Shown here: positions 44,402 through 64,000 of the stretch, piece by piece
How positions within the stretch are numbered: the first letter of the stretch is position 1
How the letters are laid out: each line of letters starts with the position of its first letter
Origin: Piromyces finnis finn
Taxonomy: Eukaryota; Fungi; Neocallimastigomycota
DNA length: 64,000 nucleotides
NCBI GenBank assembly: GCA_002104945.1
Contig: MCFH01000009.1
Coordinates: 868,001-932,000, forward strand
Reading direction: 5' to 3'
Notes under the pieces: generated by a model
Database searches by the model: none
Told to the model about the DNA's origin: nothing
Seen by the model: the letters and a program-made list of their open reading frames with translations, nothing else
Made by a program: the position numbers and the translations under genes

Positions 44402-45201
44402 GATAATTAAATACTTATTGATTTAATTAAATGAATACATTTAATATTTTATTATAATGTAATAAAAATATATATTCACTTTACTGCATCAGTACTTAAA
44501 TATTTTTCTCTGAAATCCTGCCATGAAATTTCATCTTTATTTTCATTCTTACTAACAGTGGTGAAAAAAGCAAATCCAATCATTAATAAAAATGGTAATA
44601 ATGGGTTCGGTCCTTTATTTTCATTTGAATACTTTGGATTTTTGGGTATATTATTTCTATTATTATAATTGTTTGTTTTTTCTATATTTCCAAATTGTAA
44701 TAATCATTTATTACTTTATATTCTTATTATTATTTTTAATTTTTATAATTATAATTTTTTTTAGAAAAAAAAAAAAAAAACAAATTCTTTACCATTATCA
44801 TTATCATTATCATTGTCATTATCGTATTTATATTCATTTTCATGCTGATATTCATTATCCAAATCAGTCTCATTTTCATTTTTATGGTTGGATTCATTTC
44901 CTTCCTTTAGAGTTTCTTTTAATAATTTTTCAAAATCTTCGAAATCCTTATTTTTTTTTTCATTTATTTTGTTGACATTATAAATTCCCTCATTTTTCGG
45001 TGAAAATGAAATATTATTTAATTTTCTTTGGAAAATAAGTTTATTGTTATTTAATAAATTCAAATTATTCGATTTTTTGTTTAAAGCTATTTTATCAACA
45101 TTATGAAAATTGTTTTTTAAAAATAATGAAAGGTTTGTAGGGAAAATATTATTATTTCTTGGTTTTAACAAACAAGATACATTTTGCAATGAATTAAACA
45201 T
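41811..45201 (-). CDS. AFG3: m-AAA protease subunit (AFG3/YTA12/AFG3L2-type FtsH family); multi-exon
   Basis: [18 protein letters not shown], Walker A GPPGTGKT, Walker [12 protein letters not shown] '[19 protein letters not shown]', HEAGH zinc motif (split by an intron), '[15 protein letters not shown]' and '[12 protein letters not shown]'. The N-terminus looks like an organellar presequence. Which paralogue (AFG3 or YTA12) cannot be resolved by eye. Confidence 0.9.
44347..44401. repeat. (ATT)n intronic microsatellite in the m-AAA protease gene
   Basis: Directly visible, about 18 units. Confidence 0.9.
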
Positions 45202-46158
45202 TTTTATTAATTCATTTATTTATTAAGAAAAAAGTTACCGATTCTTCAACTGGAACAATACACAATTACTTCAAAAGAAATAAAATTTCTTGTTAAATTT
45301 ATATTAATATTTTCTATTTTATTTTTATTTATACTATTTTTATTTATATTATTTTATTTTTTATTAACCTTTTTCTCAATTATTTTAATGTTGTAAAATA
45401 GTTGTTTAAGTAAATTTTTGATATTGCACTAATATTAAATATGTTATTTATATTAAAATTCAATATAAAAATTTATTTATTTTTTTAATACATTATTTAT
45501 ATAAAATACAATAAACATTTATAAAAAATATATAAAAAATGTATGAATTTTAAATTATAAATACTCATGTATAAAAGGAAGAATATAATTAACATCAACA
45601 ATAAAAAGAAAAAGAGATATATCATTCTCAAAGTCGTCATCGTTATGAATTATAAAATTATAATATTTAGCATTATTATATAAATAAAAAATACTTTACA
45701 CAAATAAAATTTATATATTTATTAATTTTCAATCTTTATTACCAGTTCATTATTTGTTTTTAATTATTTAATACTAATCATTTTATATACTAACAAAATC
45801 ACTTCTATTATTTTATTTTTTATAGTAATTTTTAATTAGTTTTTATTATACCTTTATTTCTTTAATTTATTATTTGGTTATCATTTTATGATTATTATTG
45901 CTGCTACTACTATTATTTTCCTTTTTTTATTATAAATTTTTTATTTACTTTATTGAGAAATTAGTCTCTTAATTATAATTTTTTTTTATAAAAATTTTAT
46001 TTTATTATTTTAAAATATGGGTAATTTATATAAATTATCCATATTTATATTATTTAGACATAAAGATGAAAAATAAATATTTATAATACATAATATAGGT
46101 ATATAATTATTATATTATTTTTGGTATTTATTTATATTTATTTATTGTATTAAATTAT

Positions 46159-46919
46159 CTAGTCTAAATCGGCATCTTCAAGATAACAATATTCAAATCT
46201 ATTCATATTTTTTAGAGGTAAAAAAAATTAGCATATTTATATATAAAAGCTACTATATAAAATTAAATGCTATTAAAATTAAATTGTAAAATATTTACTT
46301 GAATTCGCTCTTCCTTCTTTTTCCCCATAAGCCTTCATAATCAAAGTATATGTAAGTTCCTTGTTCATATTCTTCTGTAATATGTTTTGGTTCTTCGAGT
46401 CTTTGAAACCATGTATAGTATTTTTTATGGAATCTCCAAGATTGGCGTTTTAATTCACGAGCGGCTAAATATCTATTTAATTATTTATGTTATTTTTTTT
46501 TGGTTAATTATTTTTTTAAAGTTTATTTATTAAATTGCATATTATAATAATATCTATCAATTTTTAATTTTTTATGAAACATCGAATACATACTGTTGAT
46601 AAGTTCCTTGTTGATAATAGAAAATAAAGAATAAGGTATCAACATCATATTTTTTAAATATTTCTGGATTTTCATATGTTTTTTGTGGTTCTTCAGGGTA
46701 ATAGGAAGGTGTTGGATATGCATTTTCCATTGTATAAAAGTCTGGTCTATTATTTTAAAATTTTTATTTTGTTTAGAAATTCTAACTTAATGTAATAATA
46801 ATTTAAATAAAAAAATTTTATAATACATACTCATCTGAATCATGTAACCTTGGAACATATTTAAAACTGGAATCGAGCATATTTTGAAGGAATGTTGTAT
46901 CATTACCAGCTTTTGATGC

Positions 46920-47005
<86 letters not shown>

Positions 47006-49031
47006 ATCTAGCCTTAGTAGCTTCAAATGATTCTTCCAAATCAGATAATGATGGAGGTAATTTATTTTCAATAGCCTCTGATGATGGTGTTGGTTCGGTT
47101 TTATTACTTATTGATTCTGCATATGAAGCCTAGTGTATACGAAATAATATTTTATATAATTAATTACATACAATATCTATTATTTTTATTTAATTTTATT
47201 AAATTTGATATTTACTTGTTTGGATAATGATGCTTTAGGTTGTTGTGGAATTTGATTATTTTCATGACTTTGTTGGATTGATGGTGATTCGGATAATGAT
47301 TTATTTTGTTGTGCATTTATACTTTGACTTGAAACAACTATAATATATTTAATATATAATTAATTGTTGGTTTATACTCTGAAATATTAAACATGGGATT
47401 TATATAATAAAATTTACCAATTGGAGTGTTGATCCTTGAATCAGTTGATGCAGCGGCAACTGCAGCATATCTTGGTTGAACAGATAAAGTATTCATAGGT
47501 GAAGAAATATCAGCAGTACCACGAACAGCACTTGTAAAGGATGCTCTTGGTGTTCCTGGTTTTGAAGGTGTAAAAGATGAAGTTGGAGTAGGTGACTTAT
47601 TACTTGATATAGAATTATTTCTCGATTCAACTATTTATTTAATTAATTATTAAAAATTATTCAAAAAGAGTTTAATATTTTTTAATATATATTATAAATT
47701 TACCTCTTGATATATTTGATAAACTGTTTTTACTTGATAATGATCTTAAAGGTGATGATATATCCTTCTTCTTATCTTCATACTTATCTTTTTGTGAAAG
47801 AATTGGTGATTGTAATGGTGTTTCCTTTTTATTATTATAAATGAAAATTTAATAACTATTACTGAATACAAATGTTTTTTAAATAAAATTTACTTACATC
47901 TCTTTTTTCAGATTCATCTTTGTTGTTTTTGTTGTTATTGTTGTTGTTGTTTTTAATAATTTTAATTAATATACAATATACATTAGAATTTAATTTTTTA
48001 TAAATTATCCCAATTATTATTATCAAAATATTATATTAAACTTACTATCTTTATCATCATCATTATTAAGACCATAATATTCAGCTTTAGTTAGGTTAAG
48101 TTCATCATATATTCCATCATCTTCCATAAAATCATCATCTGCATGATTTTCAACATAATATTTGACATCTTCACGAATATCATTAACCTTTTTTTTTTAA
48201 TTAATATTTAATATTAAATTATCTTCAGTATTTGATTACGTTGATATTTATGTTGTTTAATAGTTTTTATACCTTTTCCACGCTTAAATTTCCATTTTCA
48301 ATCAATCTTAAAATAATTTCTAACTGCATAATATGGTATTTATGTTTTTCTACTCTCTTTTCAATTTCTTCTAATCTTTCAGTTTTACTACTATCACCTT
48401 TTCTTGATTTTTTTATGGCAACTTGTAGTTTTTCTGCCTCTGCTTCATATTTATCAATTTGTGAATTTAAAATATCAACTTGACTTGTTATAAAATTACA
48501 AACATCAACTTTTTCTTTTTCCTGTGGATCTATTTTATTCGCTAATTGTAATCCTTCTTTTGAATAAGCTTTTGTTTTTAATTCCTTTTCACAAGCTTTA
48601 AACTTTTCCATTTGCTAATTAAAAAATATTAAAATTATACAAATTATCATTAAAAAAATATTATTTTAAATCATTTTATTATGTAATTATAATATATACT
48701 TGTTCAATTAATTTTCTATTTTCAGTAAGTAATCTTTTATCTTTTATTTCATTTGAAGATAACCAAGTTTTAATTTGGTCTCGGTATCTTTGTAATTTTT
48801 TAATTTCTTTCTTCAATTCTTGCTCATATTTTTCTTTTTGTCCTATATTTGAGGAAGATTGAATTTTATCAAATATAGTTTCAAATGTATCAACTCCTTC
48901 AGCAACCTTTTTCAAGGTTCTATCAATTTCACCTATATACATTAATATTATTGAATTTAATATTACTTTTGCATCTGAATAATTTAATAATTTTAAGATT
49001 GAATCAAACCTTGAAGTTTTCTACTCGTCAT
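46159..49031 (-). CDS. NOT3: CCR4-NOT subunit NOT3/NOT5 (CNOT3); multi-exon
   Basis: MTSRKLQ|[14 protein letters not shown]...[26 protein letters not shown]; [21 protein letters not shown]. The C-terminal NOT-box region includes '[33 protein letters not shown]' and the last exon 'FEYCYLED'. Confidence 0.95.
46922..47002 (-). repeat. (AAT)n coding repeat encoding about 27 Asn in NOT3/5
   Basis: In frame in 'ARC(N)nKASKAG' just before the NOT-box region. Confidence 0.85.
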
Positions 49032-50398
49032 TTCTAAACTACGTTGAGAATTGTTTTATAATACTAAATAAATACAAAATGGAAAAGAATTAGTGATCTT
49101 GTTTTATATAAATATTTAAAGTCCTTAAATTTTATTTATATTTTAATATCTTCTTTTCGATAAAGAAAAACAAAAATACATATTTATTAAATTAAAAATA
49201 AATATTCTACTGTTTTATTGTTTGAAAAAGAAATAAATCCATAAATACTGAATCTATTAAAGAAACAATTCATTTCTACAAATTATATTGAATATCAATT
49301 AATTGTATACTGTATGATTGTATAAATATTTTCTATTAATAAGAAAGAAGCTCTTCTTCTTTAATGTTAAATGCATTTATTTATCTTATGTTTGAATAAT
49401 TAATGAAAGCATTTTTGATGAAAAATTAAATGTTTTTTTATATTTATTTATTTTTTCATATTTATTTATTTACTTATTTATCTATTTATCTATTTATTTA
49501 TTTATTTATTTATTATTTATAATTTAATTATTTTTTCACGCTTTCATTTTTGATTTTATAATAACAATTTATAACTTTCATTTTATACATATTACAATAA
49601 TTATTTTTTTCTATATTAATGTATTATACTCAAAAAAAGTGTCTTACTTTTTTTTATTTAATTGATGAATTTCTTATTTTAATAAATGAAAATTAGTTTT
49701 ATAATATAAAGTTTAAAAGTAAATTTTTGAATATTTTTTCTTTATTTCTACTAATTTTATTATTGGTTTTATAATATATAAAAAAAAATTAATAAATTAA
49801 AATTTAATCGATTTTATAAATGATTAAACGATTAATCAAAAATTTAATAATAAAAAATAATATGTAATTCAAGAATAGACATTAACATAAAATATAGTTT
49901 TATAAGCAATACTTTGTTAATTTTAACAGTAATTTATTGAGAAACCTTTATTTTTAATATTATGGAAATAGTATTTTTTTATTTCTTTTATAGTAATAAA
50001 AATATATTATATATATTTAAAAGATAAAAATTAATTATTAATCTTATATACACTTTTTATATATTGTAAAATGAATAAAATTTATGAGAATTTTTAAGCT
50101 TTATTTTTTTATCAATAGAAATATAAAATAATAATAATAATAATAATAATAATTAATAAATAAATAAATAAAATAATTATTTTAGTTTAAAGAAATAACA
50201 AAATTATTTTAATTAAAATATTAAATATGATTTTTAGGCACTTTATTATTTTTATTTCCATTAATTAAAATCAATTGAAAATAATAAAGTTTTCTGAAAA
50301 AGTATTGGAGCTTTTTACATCAAATTTCGATATTTTATTCTTCAGTAATGTTGAAGTTAAAAAGAAAAACTATTTAAAAATATATTTATATAAAAAAG

Positions 50399-59154
<8,756 letters not shown>

Positions 59155-59611
59155 TAATGCATTGTTTAAATATAATATCTTAATTAAAAAAAACCAATAT
59201 CATTTTATATATTAAATATATAATATCAATATATCATTATTTTTAATTTCAATTAAAATAATTTAAATAATTGAATTATCTTTTTTAAAATAACCAATTT
59301 TACTATCATTTAATAAAAAAAAAATAAAAATCATAATAAATAATTCATTAACATTATATATATATAATAATTATTTTCTTATATATAGTAATACTTTTTA
59401 ACAACAATGTAAAAATATTTTATTTATTTTTTTATAATAAAAACTATTAAATATATATCTATATAATTAACTGAAAATATTATTAATCAAATATTGACTG
59501 GAAACTTTAATGTTCAAATATTTTTAACCTATATAAATAATTTAAAAAAGGTACTTAAATTAATAAATTACTTTAATTTAAAAAAAAAACTTTATTTAAC
59601 TAACCTTTGAA

Positions 59612-62600
59612 TTAATTCTTTATTTGGTAAATCATCTATATTAGTATTTGAATATGTGCTAATGAAAAGGAAAATATTTAAATTAATTTATTTTATTAAT
59701 ATATAGTGTGTTATATTTAAAAGAATATATGTTATTTGCTATTCTTACAAATTTTCTAGTCTTTTCAAATTATTAATACTCTCTGGAATAGGTCCGTTCA
59801 ATAATTTATTATTTTGAAGTTGTCTTTACATTATATGATTATATATTTTTATTTATTATAATAATAGAAATAATAATATATAAATTTAATAGGATGTAAT
59901 ATTTCAATTGTTTTTTCTATTATTATTACTATAAAAAACATTTTACAATATTTTTAATCGGGTTAGTTTTCCTATATCATTAGGAATACTTCCTGAAAAA
60001 TTATTATAACTTAACCATAATTGGTTTAAACGAGAAAGGTTACATAAAAATTCAGGAATTTCACCTGAAAGTTTGTTTTCATTTAATATTCTAAATTTTC
60101 ATTTTGAATTTTGTTAAATATTAATTAATTATAATTATGAATAAATTATATGACAATTCAAGTATATATAAATATATGTTTCATACAAAACTGATAGTTG
60201 TTGTAAATTTTGAAATGATTTAGGTATTTCTCCTTTTAAAGAATTCTGTGCTAAGTATCTATTATTATTATTATTATTATTATATAAAAAAAGTAATTCC
60301 CAATATACAATAAAGCAAAGATATTAATTTACATTATTTTTACAATAAAAATAAAATACTTCATAATAAGCATACAAATGAGTTAAATTTGTTAAATTTC
60401 CCAAAGAATCTGGTATGCATCCTGTAAATTGATTATCTTGCATAATTCTATTTTATAATAAATACATAACACGGTTTTTTTTCCCGTTATTTATAGTTAT
60501 TCCCAGTTTTACTTTTTATATATATCATATAGTATACAATTTACGTACAAATGAACTAAATTTTTAAGATTTCCTATTTTATCAGGTATTTTCCCAACAA
60601 ATTTATTATGAGATAAATAACTAATAAAGTAAATTAATAATTTTTTATAAAATTATGAAAAATTGTATAATGTACTTACAGATGTGTTAACTTTTTTAAG
60701 TCACCTATGGAAGAAGGAAGTTCATCAGTGAAATTATTATGATCCAGACGTCTTATCATTTTAATAATTATAAAAATAATCTTAATGACAAAATTAATGC
60801 GTATATTACATAAATTAAAAAATTAATAAACTCACAATTCTACTAAATTCTGTAATTGACAAATTGTCTCAGGTATTTTTCCACTTAATGAATTTCCATG
60901 TAAACGTCTTTGATGATTAATAATGATATTTAATTAATATAAATAAATTTATATTTAAATTATTATAATTATATAGTAGATAGTATTATCAATATCTTCA
61001 TACAATGTAGTTAAATTATATAACAATCCAATAGAGTCTGGAATAGATCCTTTAATTTTATTATATGCTAGGCATCTTTTTTTTAAAAAAAAAATTCAAT
61101 TATTAAATTTATAATTAGTTTTTATTATTATAAAAAAAACAATAATAATTAAAATAAATACAATTCAGTAATAGTCTTATAATTTCCTATTTCTTCAGGT
61201 ATTTTTCCAGATATATTTTCTTTATCTAAAGTTCTATATATAAAAATAATTATTAATTATATGATTTAGTTTAAATTATATATAATTTTTTTTTTTTTTT
61301 TTTTTTTACATTTTTGTAACTTCATTTTGTAAAAATCTTTCAATTCTAATTTTACAGGATATATTTATATATAAAAAAATTTATTATAAAATTAATATCA
61401 TTTATTATTATAAAATATGAATTTAAATTAATATTTTAGTATGAAATACTTTTTTTTCCTTACTTTACACATAATCTTGGTTTTTCTAATTTATTACTAC
61501 TATGATGACTTCTTTCTTCATTCCTCATTGAAATATCATTTGTAGACTTTGCTAATCTAATACTTTCTTTATTGATTTCTATACTAGCAATTTTACTATT
61601 TATGATTTGGAAAGAATTAGAATTAATATCGCCAATATTGTTCATAGTCATGCTTTTTGGAATTTTTCCATTTTTTTTATTGTAAGATTTTATTTTATCA
61701 AAGCTATGAACTGAATTATTATATATTAAATTGGAACTTCTTATTGAATTTTGAGTAGAATTATTTTCAATGTTACTAATGCTTCTACGATGATGGCGAA
61801 TAGGATCATCATTACTATCATTAGTATCAATACAATTAACAGAAACAGAATGTTTCATTCGATTGCATTGCTTTGATTCTCTTTTTAAAGATAAATTATA
61901 AACGGAATGGTCATTAGAAGGTACAGCAATATCATAATTAGAATTAAACATAAATTCTAGGCTATTATTATTTATATTTTCCATTTCTTCATCATTCTGT
62001 TTATTAGATTCTTTTAAGTTATTATTTATTTGAAGTTGTTGATTTCTTAATTGAATAAGTAAAGAGGCAACTGTCATTAATGATATACGTTCAAAAGGAT
62101 CGTAATTCCATGTTTTCTCTAAAATGTCCCACATTTTATTTGAATATAAAATATTATTTTCTAGTGAAAAGTTGTTAACTTTAAGTTTTGAAGGATATTT
62201 ATCATGGATAATCATATATTCCACTTGAACTTCATTTATAATATCATAAAAAGGAATCTTTTGAAATATAATTTCATAGAAAAGACGACCAACTGAAAAG
62301 ATGTCAGAGAAAATACTAATTTTTCCAATAACATTACTATAATCATTATTTTGATCAAAACTTTTAAAATCATCTAGATCTTCATTATTACTGAAATGAT
62401 TTTTAATATTTTGTAGCTTATACTCTGAAAAAAGCTCTGGTGCCTTCCAACGAATTGCATCTGTAACTTTACATGGTATTGTCAACGTACTATTACTATT
62501 TTAAATATATAATTATCATATATTTATTAATCAAAGTATTTTTTTTTTTCTTTTTACAATTCTTTTTTGTCATATACAATTTAAATTTATTATCATTCTT

Positions 62601-63872
62601 CCCATAATTATACCTGTTAATTTGATTGGTTTGAAAAACACTTAATCCAAAATCACATATTTTAGGTTTTCCATTTTCTGTGATTAAAATATTATCACTT
62701 TTAATATCACCATGAATAATATTATTTTGATGAAGATGATATAACCCAGTAATTATTCCATGCATAATTTGTAATTTTTGTTCTGGAGAAATATTTTTCT
62801 GACTAGTATATGTTTTTACTGTACCTCGACTACAATATTCCGATATAATAGATGGGTATTGACTAATATGGCATGCACCATAGAATTGTAAAATATTTGG
62901 ATGGCTTTTAATCCTACTCCATATCTCTATTTCTCTTAAAAATAATTCTTTTTCATTAATATGTAAATTATTATTAATTCCATTGCTATCAATTATTGTT
63001 TCTTTATAACATTCATTTGTTTCGAGATTTAGCGTTTTCTTTGCAACTAATGCCCCATTATATATACACTTTTGTACATAGCAATAACTTCCAGATCTAA
63101 AGATTTATTTATCAAATATTTTATGATATTATTATAATTTTATTATATATATATATATATATTTATACACATTGCTATATAGTAATTTTTTAATCCATAT
63201 TATTTATTAATATTTTAATGTGTACCCAATGAAAGCATCTTTACTTTCTAATACATCAATATTAGTTTCATCAATAAACCATGAAGGAAGAGTTTTAGTT
63301 TCATTTGCTACTTTTGATTTTCTTTTCATATAACCCAATAGCTTTATGGCTAGATCATAAAGTTTAGGATTAGCTTGTGAATGATTTACCATATTCATAG
63401 TTTTTACAATATATTCATATTCATTTTTTTTAAATATATCTATGATAGCTGAATTTGATTGACCTACTTACAAAAAAAAAAATTTCAATTTAAAAAAATA
63501 TCATCAATAATTAAACTATATATATGATACAAAAATTAGTTTAAATTAAATACTATTTGAACTATTAATCTTGGATTTTTCTTCATCATTATCTGTCATA
63601 TAAGGAATATTCTTCTCCTTATTATTATTATTATTTTCAACTGTATATATTGCATATTTTTTTTTTAAAAAAATTATAATAAAGAAAATAAAAAATACAA
63701 CTTTCTGATTATTTATTAATGTATAACTATAGTAATAATTATAATAAGTTATATATATAAAATATATAAATAAAATATAATACTGACCTTGAATATTATT
63801 GCCTTCTACTAAATTAATTTTGCTTAATGATCGACTACTATTTTCCATTATAATTTTCTTTTTATTTTTCAT
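59612..63872 (-). CDS. TKL-group protein kinase fused to 10 C-terminal plant-specific-type (24-aa) leucine-rich repeats; no TM segment seen; about 16 exons
   Basis: Kinase motifs: LPSWFI, FIGSGSYCYV, VAKK, FLREIEIW, HPNILQFYG, HGDIKSDNIL, DFG, IRWKAPE, SDIFSVG. After a low-complexity linker the donor GTAAA|gtaagg (61464) splices in phase 2 to a 36-nt exon (61345-61310). LRR exons follow, e.g. 'LDKENISGKIPEEIGNY', 'LAYNKIKGSIPDSIGLL' and 'LHGNSLSGKIPETICQL'. The stop codon is at 59612-59614. Confidence 0.85.
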
Positions 63873-64000
63873 AATAATTGGACTATCTAATAACGATTAA
63901 TTATATATATATAACATGAAAAGTATTTTTTTTATAAAAGTATAAAAAAATCATTAAAGATTTACTGAATTCATTTTTATTATTTATTTATATTTCATAT

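Noticed and set aside
63166-63171. Possible 6-nt micro-exon (ag|CAATGT|gt) inside the kinase glycine-rich loop intron
   Set aside because: Including it would turn the canonical FIGSGSYCYV loop into FIGNVSGSY. Direct splicing already gives a correct G-loop.

Overview
This is extremely AT-rich, intron-rich eukaryotic DNA with short GT-AG introns, poly-Asn tracts and long microsatellites. The base composition, flagellar genes (CFAP43, CATIP-like, WDR87/97-like) and a bacterial-type RpiB point to an anaerobic gut fungus (Neocallimastigomycota); this taxon call is an inference. Manual splicing supports 14 protein-coding genes. In order: CATIP-like (+), PSMG3/PAC3 (+), LAMTOR4-like (-), prefoldin 1 (+), DED1/DDX3 (+), RpiB (-), a degenerate-bromodomain/C2H2 zinc-finger protein (+), UFD4/TRIP12-like HECT ligase (-), CFAP43 (+), G-protein gamma (+), AFG3/YTA12-type m-AAA protease (-), NOT3/5 (-), WDR87/97-like (+) and a TKL kinase fused to C-terminal plant-type LRRs (-). 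LAMTOR4, prefoldin 1 and the whole LRR array are absent from the supplied ORF track. The most striking item is the last gene, a kinase-linker-LRR protein with no transmembrane segment. Its 10 LRRs are encoded almost one per exon (seven exons of 72 nt, one of 144 nt, one of 75 nt), all with phase-2 boundaries. This modular layout could allow exon skipping or shuffling in a putative intracellular sensor. No tRNA, rRNA, CRISPR array or intact mobile element was recognised. All family assignments come from recalled motifs, not database searches.
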